From contig RDEW01000001.1 of NCBI GenBank assembly GCA_011109175.1, forward strand, positions 1,130,360-1,194,359: DNA of 64,000 nt, in the 5' to 3' direction. Below are positions 46,110 through 59,830 of the stretch, piece by piece. The notes below the pieces were generated by a model that was given only the letters and a program-made list of their open reading frames with translations, had not been told where the DNA came from and made no database searches. The stretch is from Dicyema japonicum (lineage: Eukaryota > Animalia > Dicyemida). A program made the position numbers and the translations under genes. The number at the start of each line of letters is the position of its first letter. Within the stretch, counting starts at the first letter, position 1.

Positions 46110-49060
46110 AATGAGAATAAAAGGTTATATAGCGGCTGCCCTGACTGCATGGATATTCCCTTTCAGGATAGCGAGATTCGCTCAAATAACCAGCGGCGCT
46201 CACGAGGGTCTGCTGTTCGTGTAGCGATCCGATTCCCTAGACGACTCAAGAATTCCAGCGTCGCAGGCGCAAGGGAACCAGACGTCTCAACGGCAAATGG
46301 GACAAACAAAAAATCCTTGGGTAGGACTGCGTACATTTCCCGTTTAAACTTCTCGGCCTTCTCAGCGGCAGAACAGGCTCCAGAGGCACTCTGAAGTAGG
46401 GTGCAAGATGCAAATGTGTCAATGCAGGTAACATCCCGTACAAGAAGTTTCCCGGCTTCAAAAAGGAAGATTATCATCTCATCTGGTCGTTTCCAGTCTC
46501 ACTTGTAAAGACCGACAGGTTCGGGCATAGAGGGGTGTTCGGCGGCGTTCAAAGCTCGCCTAGCGACTTCGTTCAAGGCCATGTGTCTGGGAAATCTGCT
46601 TGCAGTAGAGAGGGTGTAGGCCAAAACAGTCGACATTGTTTCCGCATCGGCACGGATGTGGAACACAGACTTTTAATCCCAGTCGCAATGAGATCTCAAT
46701 ACGGACGCATTCATCATCCAGAAAGGTACCCAGAACTCCATTGGGAATGGCGTTGAGCTAGGTACCGCTCTCGGAAGACGCCCCCGACACAAACAGGCAC
46801 GGCGATGTTGGCTAGATGACACTAGCAAATCTTTGAAAAAATTCCAGCATATAGAATCGTCCAAGCCCCGCTGAGAGAACGAGGAAGGCAGGGAAAGCTG
46901 ATAAGTGCGGCTCCAGGCTTCACGAGCATGGCCGGCGTTCTTGTCAATAGAGAATTCAGGTAGAGAGTGTAGAATCCTCTTGACATGGGAGTTACAGGCC
47001 ACTAGCGATGATAGGTATGAAAAGAGAGAAAAGTCCACAGGTTCCGATTTCCAAGTCCTTCGAGTCTCACTGGCAGTGTGGCTTGTTTCCATGAGTAATT
47101 CTCGAACCGGACGTTGAAGATACGTTCCGCTGTCGTACTGAAGATCTCGTTAATCTGTACGAGTTGGTCACAAAGGATGAAATAGGGAGCAGTCCTCAGG
47201 ACATATGCAAGCCTCTGTACGTCGAGACTGTTTTTCAGGAGGAATAATGCTGTATGCATGTCAAGAGACACAAGCGCTTCAGAGTCTCTCCGAGTAACAG
47301 TGGTTTTTCACATATAGCTCTTCCCATTGCATTTATGGTGATCCGGAATATAAGTTTTCATCGAGTGTGGAAGTACTTCCAGGCAGTAAATATCCGAAAG
47401 ATGACAAAGCTTTTGAATACTTCTCTTCTGAAAGTCCGCAATTGTAGATTTTGTATTTAGTGTAATTTAATCCAGTCCAGCTTCCAACAGTGCTGGAATT
47501 ATCACTTACAAATCCCGGAAAACAGTATCCGGGGTCCTTGGAGGACCGCATCATCCAGATACCATAGATTGAGGGGCGAGCACGGTGATTTTCTCTATTG
47601 CAAGACAAAACAATAGGGGTCCAAGGGATCTCCCTGTTGCACTCCAGAATAGGAATGGATTAGGTAGTCCCCAAAAAGTAAGGATGAAGGTAGGCTGTAT
47701 GACTGATTCACAAATTCGAAAATATTAGGGCATCTCTCAACACACGCTTCCAGGATATTGTCCCTCCTTAGACTATTGAAGGCGTTCTTGATGTCCAGTT
47801 CGACCAGGACATGTCCCCGGGAATCTTCTATACTGTGGTTTATGAATGTCCTCACTGAATGATAGCGGCCTCGCATCCCAAGTGAATACCGACGCCTACT
47901 TGAGGGGGGTTCAAGAATTTTGTGATGAGTGGAATAGAATGTCTGGAGGAAATTTTAGCAGCCAGTCTTCTGAAGACAAACCTGACCGCAACTGGTCGTA
48001 CTCCGCCTCCCTTCTTATCAAAGACTATCAAATTGGCGGATAACTTCGGGAAGAACTCCAGATATGATCCGGTTCATAAGTGTAGTAATTGAATTCGTAG
48101 GACGAAGTCCCAGGTTTCCTACAGAAAAAGATCCTTCAGGTAGCCAGGTCTTATTCCGTCGAGCCCACCACTGCTACTAGGGACAAAATTCCGTATTGCG
48201 AGCAGAACATCGTTTGATGCAATCAGTACACTCACTCCAGATGGAGAAGCGACTTGGCGTAAGTTTTGGGATGGTTATGGATGCTTGTTCAGTAAAATAT
48301 TGTAGGCGTCTGGAGTCGGTTTTCGTGGTCCACTCGAGGGAAGTGCCCTAATGGCTGTGTAGGTGCCACCTTCAATTAACTTCGACCGGACAGTTTCTCT
48401 TGAGACGAACACTTAGACTTCCTCGTTCTGACCATGTGTCTCCCTCGTACGGTTAGAAGGCATGGGACAATCGGGGATATGGATGCCTCCCAAAAAGAAC
48501 GAATGTTGGCCTCATGGTAGTAGCGAGAGACTCCTTTCCGTGACCATCTCGATCAAGTCCCAATGCAGAAGGCGTAAAGCTGAATAAGCGCATCCAATTA
48601 TGTACTGCGTCAGTCCCGAGGGCATCTTCAATCGTTTTGGAACTGGCCTCCTCAGCGATAGCCGTATGGCCTTGGGAATCCTCACAGGGATAGTCCATGA
48701 AGAACGTAATTCAAGATGAGACGTAGGATCCGTGGTTGATGGTAATTAACGGGAGAATTAACATTGGCACGGGGAACCTCCCTGTATTTTGCCGAGTCAT
48801 GAATGGCAGTGCCATACTCCAGGCACGCTCGCTGCGGCTTGGAATTGCTTGATGCACCCGAGGTGGAAGACATCTCCACAAGCAGAGCAGGAGATTCTCA
48901 CGGTTCCGAGTTCTGACAAGCCGACAGGACGAAACACATCTCAGTTGACTTGGCTGGTACCTTTTTCTTCAAGTAGGAACATTCTTATCAGGTGCTTTCT
49001 CACAACAGACATAATCATAACAACGACCGTCCACAACAACACGCGCCAACTTAATCCAGA
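46110..49060 (-). mobile_element. Near full-length decayed CRE-type non-LTR element (PHD-RT-RLE)
   Basis: CSACGDVFHLGC..WHC; RPVAVR; ELDIKNAFNSLRRD; GVQQGDPL; WYLDD; QATLPVR; RHMALNE; DVTCIDTFA; FVPFAVETSG. Confidence 0.88.
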
Positions 49061-49470
49061 TATTTATTAAAAAAATATTTACTTTTTTTTCAAGCCTAAG
49101 ATAAACAGTCACAACTAATTAATCTAAAGATGAATCCAGAAGAGAACGTCTGCTTATGCCGACCAAATCCATCCTCCAATAGTCCATTGCAGGTTTCCTG
49201 TTCCGAAGAAAAGTGGATTTTTCTCCAGAATTCTTCCATTTTCATCACACGTCCTACCGTTGGGGACATCACTTCATTCTTAAGCTGAAGAGTTTTCATA
49301 ATGGGAACATTCACCAGCTGAGTTAGTCAGATATATTGGCCATTTTTCGGAATCCAGCTATTATTTATGTAATATTGATAATTAATAAATAATTATTTAA
49401 TTGAGTAAAATAGCTAAATTAAATAAATAAATTTGCAAGGCTATATAATTCATTTGACACAATAGATTTG

Positions 49471-50057
49471 ATGATAAACCTAAACCGTGACGAGAATAAC
49501 CCCGAAGATAACTTCGATAGTCGTCGTGTAGACCACAATCTACGGGAGAGAAGGAGAAGGGTGGTCATCAAAACCTGCTTCGAAAACCTGCATAACGTCC
49601 TTCCAATAAGACAAAAAAAGGTTTCTAAAATATCTCACATAAAGGCTTCACGTGGTCACATATTGACAAATTCCGTCGATTACATCAGATACTTGTTCAT
49701 GAGTTCCGATAGACTAGATGACTACATCAGTAAGTACCAATCCCAACTTGACGTTCTTAACGATCATAGTTGGTCACGCGGTTTTATTTTAGAAAGACCA
49801 TCGTTCAAGAGAAATTTGCTCGGACTAAGAATGTCAAGGATATCTGTGCTTCCTCAATCAGAGATCTATCGGATGTCTCCTTTAATGAACTTGATCCCTA
49901 TTTTGGATTTAGTGAGAGAACTGACACTAATTTTTTGCTTTCTGAGGAATCTTCAGCCCATTCAAGTGAAGATGACGACTTTCTAATCCAGTTAGTTGAT
50001 GAAGCTGAGGACGAATTTGTTTTTGTCAGCAGGAATGCTTATCAAAGATTGCACTGA
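49471..50057 (+). CDS. Max-like bHLH-ZIP transcription factor (two 24-nt introns; C-terminal frame uncertain)
   Basis: RRVDHNLRERRRRVVIKTCFENLHNVLPIRQKK|ASRGHILTNSVDYIRYL plus zipper; the acidic tail needs a 1-nt shift near 49793. Confidence 0.8.
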
Positions 50058-50479
50058 TCACTTCACTTCTTTTCATTTTCGCTTACAATGATTAGTTACC
50101 TGATCATTAATTTTCTCTGATCATGAATTGTTGTTATAATTTTTTGTTTGATATAAGTCATTTTCAAGTTGAAAGTGGAGTAGTAATCTTTTTACTAAGG
50201 ATGAATTAAATTTCAATAGCACATATGTCAATTTTGATGTTGGTTGATAATTTGTTATTGATCCAAATAGAATATGGATTTTTCTATAATTGATAAATTA
50301 TTGAGAACATCGATTGCTTTTTCAATATTTGGGAAATTGTTGACGTTAAAATTTGCAAACTTGTGGTCATGGTCGGATCATGGTATGAGTGAAGGTTATA
50401 AATGAACTTTCTGTTGCATCTTGGCGAGGTTATACGATCAACGCAGTCTTGAGGATATATTAGCAGAGCACTGATCTCT

Positions 50480-52277
50480 GGAGAGGTAGAATATGGATTT
50501 ACCCACTATACTGGATCTGACAACGTCGATAAAGCGCAGTGTATGATATGTGACGTCATAATGGAAAACAACTCTTTGAAGCCGTCACAATTAAAAAGAC
50601 ATAAGGAAAAAACTCACTGTCGAAAGTTTTATAGCAAAGAGAACTAAATATGATAAATCTGGAAAACTTAGTAATTTCGGATTTAGACCTCCATATGAGG
50701 TATTAATAATTGAAGCATTTATTTTGGATATCCTTAATTATTGCCAAAAACAAAGTATCTCACTCTTCTGGAGAAAATTTAATAAAACCTGCCGACAATG
50801 GCCAGAATATTGCTCGATAAAGATGCCGTACAAAAATTTAAAAATGTACCTTTATCTAATGACACGAATCGAATACGAGACATGTTTTGTAATGTTTTGG
50901 AACAGCTCGTTATGAAAATAAAGTCCATGCAGAATTAGTATACAATTGGATGAATCTACCGATATAACATCTATTTGTCGACATGGAATCTATTTATGAC
51001 GAGTTTTTATTTTGTTTAGAATTAACTGCAAGAACAGCAGCTAATGATATTTTTGATTTGTTTTCTGGCTTCTTACGTGACAATTGTATTCACTGAGATA
51101 AAGTTGGATCTATTTGTACAGATGGGTCACCAGCTATGATAGGACATCGTTCTGGTCTTGTCACATTGACGAAAGAAGTCGCACCACATGTAATTACGAA
51201 ACACTGCGTCATGCATAAATATGCACTCGCTACAAAAAACTCTGCCATTTGAGGTAAAAAATGTACTTGATTCAACAGTCAAGATTGTGAATTTGATTCG
51301 AGGTAGGGCTACAAATCATCGACTTTTTAAAATACTCTGTGAAGAATTAGGAACATATCATTCAGTGCTTTTATTTATACTGAAGTACGTTGGTTATCAA
51401 GAGGTACTATCACGGGTTGCCGAGCTGTCAAATGCCATTAGTTTATTTTTACGAGATATTAGGTTGACCGAATTTGCTGATTTATTAAACAACGATATTT
51501 TCATGCTTAAACTATATTATCTGACATATTTAGTATTTTTAATGAATCACTACAAGGTATTTTTATTAATTATTTATGTTGAGGTAATAATGCTTCCAAC
51601 ATTGAAGCTATGGAAAAAATGTCTGCGTTTAAAAAAATTGTCACTATGGAGGAGAAAAATACGAAATAACAACGCTTCAATGTTTCCGATGGTAGAAAAT
51701 AAGATTGGTGATAATGAACCTGAAAAATGGTTTTCTTCTTTGATTATTGATCATTTCGAAAATCTTGAAAATAAAATTGGAGATTATTTCCCAGTTATTG
51801 AACCAATTGCGACTTGGATAATACACCCTTTTATTCCGGAAACCAATAAATTAATTTACGACGGCCAAGAAATTGATTTCCAAGAACAGTTGATTGAATT
51901 GCGAAATTCGCAGTTTTGCAAGTTGACATTTAATTCGCTTTCGATTATGGAATTCTGTTATTAATGAATATCCAATCTTAAGTAAAAATGCACTGGAAGT
52001 GATAATTTTCTATCCAATTACTTATTTATGTGAAATGGCAATGTCTTGTTATTCTGAAATTAAGGTGGAAGACGATATGAGAATTGCACTTACCAACATT
52101 GTACCAAAAATTGAACAACTAGTTTCTGAAAGCAGGATAAAAAATCACACTAACTCTAAATATTATGATTTTTTAATTTTGTTAGTTTTTTTTATTAAAT
52201 TGTTTTGTTACATGTGGTCCCCAGAAAAATTCAACAGACTAAAGTGGTCCCCGGTCAAAAAAGGTTAAGAAACACTG
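50480..52277 (+). mobile_element. hAT (Buster-like) element, decayed, with right terminus
   Basis: BED finger QCMICD..LKPSQLKRH, IQLDESTD, ICTDGSPAM, HCVMHKYAL, TYLCE; ends AAAAAGGTTAAGAAACACTG. Confidence 0.85.
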
Positions 52278-52519
52278 GTATAAGTCGTCAGATTTTTCGT
52301 TACTGAACTACAGTGGACTTGTGCATTCAGGTGGCCACAGGAAAAGGTCACCAAAACAACCCAAGTTATCAAAGGAAGTAGGATGCCATGATTAGGTGGA
52401 GTGTAAGTGTTTATTAGCTTATGCATTCATTGTTGAGGAGAAAATTTATTGACACAAGTTCCACAGTATTGTTGTTAAGGGAATATGATTTTTAGTGGTA
52501 ACTCTGAACTGAATTTTGT

Positions 52520-54145
52520 TACTGATTATAGTTAATAGACCACCACTGAGTCTGCTTCAATCGTACGTAAGAATAGCCGGGTATGGATGAAAGTTTGTAA
52601 AAAGGAGGAGGTTTGGTTTCTTGTCTTACTTCACGTCGAGCCCTGGTGGTACATGGAAAGCAAAGAGATTCAAAACTTATCTCCCAGCCAGATACGAATG
52701 ATGTCCACATCGTAAACGAGAGAGTTACACTCTGACGGAATCGCTAATCACAGGATGACGACGCTCCAGTATCTTGTTCTCTTCCAAGCTTTGGTCTTCC
52801 GCAGGAAGTGGAATTTTCCTGAGTGTTCTTTGGGGATCAGTAAATGTTTTCCGAATGTATCAGCGGTTAGCGGATCCAAGTAATGAGAAGGTTGGGTGGT
52901 TTGGTTGAAGCGTTTGTCTGAGATATTGTAAACTCCTTATTTCAAGGTGGTCACCCACTGGCAGGATTTTCGACTCCCAGTGTAAATTCCAAGTGGGGAT
53001 GATTTCAAAAAGTCCGTTATAGTTCTCAATGATGAATTTTGCTGCAACTTTTGTAGGAAAGAAAGTGACCTGCATGTTAAAACAGTGACGTGTCAAACAT
53101 GACTCAAGATTTTAGGATATTTAACCACCGGGGAAGTTCGCTGTTGAGGTATAGATCTGTGATTAAATTATCTCCAATCTGTTGTAAAAATATTACTGAG
53201 GATTTCGACATGTATGGGGACATCCAGTTTGTCACCATCCAGTCGGAAAATAAATTCAATTACATGAGGCTAATTGAAGGTTTTTATCTCTGAATAATAA
53301 GCTATGATAGGAGGGTCGTTTTCTGAGTTCTTTAATGTCGCTGATGTAGAGATTATTTATTTATTTAGAACCCCGGGATCACCGAAAAAGAAAGACAGAA
53401 GAAACGTCGGACAGTTAGGTAATTCCAGTTTTTGCAATCAATCGAGCCATCCAACGTCTGTGGTCTCCAATTGTTCCCACTACGAAAGAGCCTTCTCTCA
53501 CCCATGAACCTGAACATCTTAAGATGGGAAATAAATTCAGTCCATTTTTTCATTTTTGTCATATTTGACATTTTAGATAATCAAAGATGCGTAGGCATGT
53601 CAAAAATTCGGGGGACATGTTTGGATCCCTGGGACGAGTTCCACATCTTTGATTATGGTTGTTAGAGTTCTGAGGTGACTTGTTCTCCTCTGTCGTCTGA
53701 TGACTGAACTGAATATCATAGTGGGTCTTTAGCATTAAGGTCATTGATAACGTTATAGAAGTTGACTAGGAATTCCATGCTGGGACGGTAGCCATTCTGG
53801 CAGCATGTAAACATTAATGAGAGTGTAAGGAATTGACACGACGTGAGACTTGCCTCTGAGACTTGCATGACTTATTTTTAGGTAGTGTCAGTGAAAGGAC
53901 GAGAAGAATGTATGATGTTATTAACCCACCGATGTGGAACCAATTTGCCTATTCAGAGCGGAGTATTGAATATTCTGTAAATCTTGGTGTTCGTGAAATG
54001 ATGGATAGTCTGAACTTGCAATTTTGTGTCTCGCCAAATAGTCTGCGAGCTCAGCGTTCTTTGGTCTGATTCCATTAATGTTCAGAAGGTTTCGCAGTCC
54101 ATGAACATCTTGTACCACGGATACATCAATTTTGGAAAGTCAACG
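52520..54145 (-). mobile_element. Two tandem Ingi-like LINE 3' remnants
   Basis: LSRLRCGHHSYL-type C-terminus; tail at 53355-53430; PHVESS/KILSH-type post-RT motifs. Confidence 0.55.
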
Positions 54146-54147
54146 AC

Positions 54148-56854
54148 ATGATTAGTGTTCTGCAAATTAGGATGAATGACATGTGCCCTTCCAAAAGCTA
54201 CATGACAGTCATTAACGTGTATGCTCCACATAGTGGCAGATTTTTGAAAAATCCTGAGGAACTGGATGACTTCTACTGTCAACTATTGAGGACGTACTCG
54301 GAATACGAATCTTCGTTGTTGATATTTATTGCCGGGGACTTTAACGCTAAAGTTGGGATGCGACGCAGTGGAGAGGAATCGTTCATCGGCAGGCATGGAC
54401 GGGGGTGGAGAAACACCCCGGGAACACTACTGGCCAATTTCTGTCAAGCGAATGATCTTTTCATAGGAAACACTGCCTTTATGCACCCAGCTCGCCACAG
54501 GAGCACATGGACTGGCCATAGAACGAACTCGGAAAACAAAAGTGTCAATATTTATAATCAAATTGATTACATCATTTGTCGGACCAAGGACAAACACCTA
54601 CTGAATGATGCCCGTTCTTATGGAGGGTCGATGATAAATAGTGACCATAAAATGGTTATTGGCAAGTTCTCCTTGAAGAAATACTACATTGGCAGGAAGA
54701 ACCTGAGTCTAAGCAAAACGCTACCACCTTACCATACCCATGTATATATGACTGAGAAGCTCTGGTCTCAGCCGCTGCTGGTGACAAACTACCAAAAACA
54801 TATAGAGAACCACCTATATACATTACCAGCTAATATGACTATACAAGACCTATGGGATCAGACCAAAAGCATTATTTGCCTTGCCGCAAACACCCACCTT
54901 GGAGTGAGACGGCAGACAACCGGAAATATGTCACTTGGCCATCCAGACTCCTTATTACTGGCAAAACAACAACGAGAAATATGGATACAGAGTCTAAACA
55001 CGACGGATATACATATCAAAAAAAACTACGAACTGAACGAAATATTATCAAGAGAAGAATCATGAAGCTTAATAATGAACACTCGAAGGATGTCTTCCTA
55101 TCACATCTTAGAGAGCTGGAGCAACTAAAGGACAATGCACAAATGTTCGCTGCAGTCCGACTAATGCGAGGAAAGAAAAAAGCGACAGTACATGTTATGG
55201 ATGGGAAGGGGAAACTTATCTTAAAACCAGACGAACAGATCGAATTGATTGCTGCCCATTTTGAAAAACTGTTCAATGCGAACGGCCAAGAACTGGCCCC
55301 TTTCATCGGAGAACCGCGGATGCTGGAAACAATTATCACATCTAAGGAAGTTCAGAGTGCGTGCAGTAAGCTAAAGAATCACAGGAGCGCTGGACCAGAC
55401 AACATCCCTCCCGAACTGCTGAAATATGGACCTATGCGTCTATTCGAAACCATTGCGACATTGTTAAATGGAATGTTTACATCCAACTCTGTCCTACCAC
55501 TGGGGAAAGGGACATTGATACCTATACAAAAGCCTAACAAACCAAAGGGACCACTAGAAAGCCTACGCCCAGTCATATTGTTAAACACATTACGAAAAGT
55601 TCTTGCATCTGTTGCTTTGGACCGCTTAAAACATCCTGCAGGAAATTACCTATCAGCATGCCATAGTGGATTTCGTGAAGGAAGGTCGACAGCGGACATT
55701 CTGTGGAGCCACAGGTGGCGGTGTGCAACGGCTCAAAGATACAAAAATGCCACGACCATCCTGGGGATCGATATGTCAAGAGCTTTCGACACCATTAGCC
55801 GACACAAGCTAATGGTTGTCCTTCATCAATTTGTGGACCAATCATTGCTACGGATAATCAGAGTACTTCTCTCAAGTACTGAACTGTCAGTCCGAATTGG
55901 GAGAACTCTATCCCGACCATTCAAAACTACAATCGGCACTCCTCAGGGAGACTCCCTCTCCCCCTTACTATTTGTGATATATCTCGAAGCTGCACTAAAG
56001 GATCTAAGAACTTGCTATGAAGGAAAAATAAACGAAGTCGTATACGCGGATGATGTGGATTTTATATCCGAGGATACAGAAGCTCTCACACATCTGCTGG
56101 AAAATGCACCGGACAAACTGGGGGAATGGTTCCTCATCGTTAACCGGGCCAAAACGGAAATCACGGAAATCAAAAGAATGGACAACATCCTTAATGAACG
56201 TTGGCGACATGTTAATAAGCTTGGATCCCTACTGGGGGACACAGAAGACATCATCAAAAGGAAAACACTTGCAGGAGTAGCAATGCGAAAACTCAAAAAG
56301 GGATGGCTGAAAGGACTAGATGTCAATCTGCGGATACGCATGTACAATGCATTTGTGAAACCGATACTGACATACAATGCTGGTACTTGGGCCTGTACAG
56401 GTGCGGAATCAATGGCTCTCGATGGGTTCCACAGAAAACAGCTTAGAGTATTATTTGGCATGCAGTGGCCAGCCAGAATCTCGAATACCGGTATTTACAA
56501 AAAATGCAAGAGTAGGCCTCTAAGCCTGGAAATCACTGACGCCCGGTGGAGACTGTTTGGTCACGTACTACGCATGGATCTTGCTGCCCCGGCTAATGTG
56601 GCGATGGAGGACCATTTCATGTTCGAGGGCAAATGCTTCCGTGGCAGACCAAGGATGACCCTACCTATCATGCTGCACAAAGACCTCCAAAGAATGAAGA
56701 AATGCCTAAAGACGGGAGACGATCTGGACATGCTGAGATCGACTGCGTGTAACCGTGGAGGATGGAAGAGGCTAACTAATAACATTGTTTCTTGTATTGC
56801 ACATGCTTTGCTATAACTATTATGGCAAGGCGATAAGTTCTGTAATAATAATAA
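54148..56854 (+). mobile_element. Near-intact RTE-clade LINE (APE plus RT), 5'-truncated, single frameshift in an A-run at about 55020
   Basis: INVYAPH, IAGDFNAKVG, NQIDYI, SDHKMV; HSGFREGRST, IDMSRAFD, GTPQGDSLSPLLF, VYADD, GRPRMT; (TAA)n tail. Confidence 0.93.
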
Positions 56855-57889
56855 TCTAGAAATTAAAAAAAATCAGCTTTTGCAATTCAACTTTTTTGGT
56901 AATTAGAAATGAAACAAGTTTTAGTTAATCTTTAATTATTATTAAAAAAACACTCCCGAGAAAACATAAAACTAGTTAAGTATCCCTTGTGCCGTATTCC
57001 GAACCATCCCCTCCGTCAGCTTGACCATGATCTTCTGTTGCGCGCTAGTTCTCTTAAATAGTCCAGATCGTCTGCCATTTCCATTATAATGTCAGATGCT
57101 GTCCACACTCATGTAAACCAGTGAATCAAATCCCTATGGACTACAAATCCGAGACCATAATGTCGACAGCCCGATGAGAGGGTAAAAAGGTGGAATTTGC
57201 CAAACTGTTCTGTACATTGTACAGTCGTTTTTGTTTCTCGTAGATAGCAGAAATAAACGTCGTATTTTGTTAGATCGCTTGCCAGTTGGTGTTTCTTGTA
57301 AGGCTGTTTAAGTCCTCTGGAATTAAAAGATCCCAGAGTGAACGGAAAAGTCGGTAAGCAATACTAATAAGACGTAGTGTAATAGAGGCGTCGTCACCAC
57401 CTCAACGAAAAAATCTTATAAATAAAAAAAGTAAATTAAATAAATGGAGCACAAAGTAAATTACTCACAACCTCATCGTGGACTTGTCAAAAGTAGCCAA
57501 ATATGCACAATCCTTCCATTTAGTTTATTATTAATTTATGTTCCTCTATTTAAGCCTCTGTCATCTGAACATGACAAAAATGGAGAAATTTACAACTTTT
57601 CCATGCTGATTTAAAAAATGATTGAAATGACAGAGATTTCGTCTTAAAAGGCATATTTTTTTAACAGAGTATTGAGTTAACTTTTAAATCATAATGGGAA
57701 TCAATGGTAAGAAAGATCATCATGTGATCAGTTTACACGCTGGATCAATCGTGCATGTGAATACTTTTAGTGCCAAAAATGAAAATTAATCTCACTATTG
57801 CCCATTTTTATCTCCTAATGAAAATTTCCGGCGATTACTTATCATATCTTCACAACAGAATTGGCTGAATAGCACGGATGAAAATGCAA

Positions 57890-58900
57890 GTGTTATTGCT
57901 TTATCTTACCGATGTCGAACTTGATCCACATAATGCATTTTTCCCTTGAAGAATTATCCTTTCATTCCAAGGTTAATGTGTTTAGCACGTTCTTCTCGTT
58001 GCTACCTCTTTCCGGAAAGTCTAAAGAATTTCAACATTCTTATCTCCAAGATTATTAAAGAAATTTTGAATATAAATTTCGATAAAATTAGATTGAAGCC
58101 AGCTTTTTTACCCTTCAGATTTGGGGGCATCAGCCTAACTTACCGGTGGCTTTCGGAGAAACCCCTCTTGATACACACCTACTGAGGAACTGGACCAACA
58201 TTCTGTACAAAAATGCTCATTCAACCCTTATGGAAACGGAAGACTTGCACCGCAAGGCTTGCATTCTGGCAGCCTCTTCCCTCACAGCGGAGCTTGGCAG
58301 AACGCGTTCCCATCATCGTCAATTGATTCCCTATGGAACAAGACGCCTTCTGGAATGGGATATCTATCCGTCTCGGGATCGACCTGTGCAAGCCTCATCC
58401 ATCCCGATGTGGACTTCATCCGTTCTCTTGCCGTCTCAGCAGAGGCGGTTCCCGAGGCATGCAGCTATCAACGGGATTGTGAAGCGCTCTCTTGAAGTGA
58501 CTGGATTCCCGATGTATCTGAAACCGGTGGGCCTGGATCGTGGAGATGGAAAACGTCCAGACGGGATAACTGTCTTTTCCTTCACTCGGGGGAAATGATA
58601 ATTTGGATGGGCCTTTATCAACAGCTTTTCCCAGTCGAGACTAGCTGTTCCGCGTTGATAGCTGGGGAGGCTGCTCGTACTTTCTAAATTTACAAGATAA
58701 AAAATACGACAGTCTCTCCACAAGATTCCATGTATAGCCGTTGTTGTCGAGACAGCGGAGTCTTCGGGCACAAAACGGTCTCTTTTCTAAGATCGCTTGG
58801 GTCAATGATTTCGAAGGTTAGTAATGAGCTTCGGGAAACCGAATGGTTATTCCAAAGGATTTATCTGGCCGTTGTCAGAGGAAGAAGCCATTGATTTTGT
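57890..58900 (+). mobile_element. CRE-type 3' remnant (RLE)
   Basis: FLPFRFGG, RHAAINGIVKRSL, GDGKRPDGIT, VVETAE. Confidence 0.8.
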
Positions 58901-59069
58901 TGCAGTAAAGTGAAGGTCATTAACAAGAACCTAAGTGTCACTCAACCAACAAATAATATGTTTTGAAAATTAAATTTTTATTAAAACATAAATCATAATT
59001 TTGAAAGTGTATTCAAAATTGAAAATTTATTATCTTTTAAACTTCTTATTTTCAAAAACACAAAAATCA

Positions 59070-59420
59070 ATCAAAAATGATCATCGTCGACATAATCGAC
59101 GATAAATTGCCTCCCGCGATCGCAACAGAGATCAACCGGAGAACTCACCGAGTCTCACGTGCTTTGTGACATTTTAGTGTAGCTAGGCGTCCAGGTTTCT
59201 TGAGGAAACGAAGCGATTTCCTGGTTATTTTTCCTATTGTCTCGACTACGATGGGGTAGAACGTGAACCGATCGTGAAACGCTTATTATTTTTTCTCCTT
59301 TGCCCTCATTGTTTTTTCCGCGGCATAAGTATGTCTACTGCGGTCCCAAAAATAATGGATGGGCAAAAAGGGTCGACGCACATAGCATCCCATATCAAAG
59401 GTCTCGCATCCTCGAATGAG
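59070..59420 (-). mobile_element. CRE-type RLE fragment; another at about 59930-60230 (+)
   Basis: IWDAMCVDP, FYPIVVETIG, ISVAIAGGN. Confidence 0.7.
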
Positions 59421-59711
59421 GAACAGGATTCTCGACACCACCGGACTCGTTCTCTTGTCATTTTGGGATTACTTAGTTGAGAACTTTTACTTCTTTCTCT
59501 TCGACCCGGTTATTCTGGGGTAATAATGATAATATCGACGATTTTTTCAAAAAAGATATTTTCAAGTGAGTCAACAATTTTATATCGATTTTACATTATA
59601 GAAAAAAGTTAATACTTAACAAATGTATAAAGCAGAGATCTTCCAATGCTTACAGGTTCATCCGATCCTTGCAATTGTGGAGACCTATCGAATATAGTGG
59701 CGAAGAAAAAA

Positions 59712-59830
59712 TAATTTTTGGCCATTTTGGAACTGGACGTCCATGAGGCAGGTAGATCATATGACGTCACTTCAGTAGAACGAGATAGGGAACAGAGGAA
59801 AGGAAGAGAAAACCTTTTACCGAGTGACCA
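59712..59830 (-). mobile_element. Diverged Ingi-derived SINE head with pseudoknot variant
   Basis: Pyrimidine tract then GTGACGTCATATGATCTACCTGCCTCATGGACGTCCAG..GGCCAAAAA. Confidence 0.55.

Noticed and set aside
55018-55025. Programmed frameshift between APE and RT
   Set aside because: RTE elements normally use a single ORF; a homopolymer error or mutation is simpler
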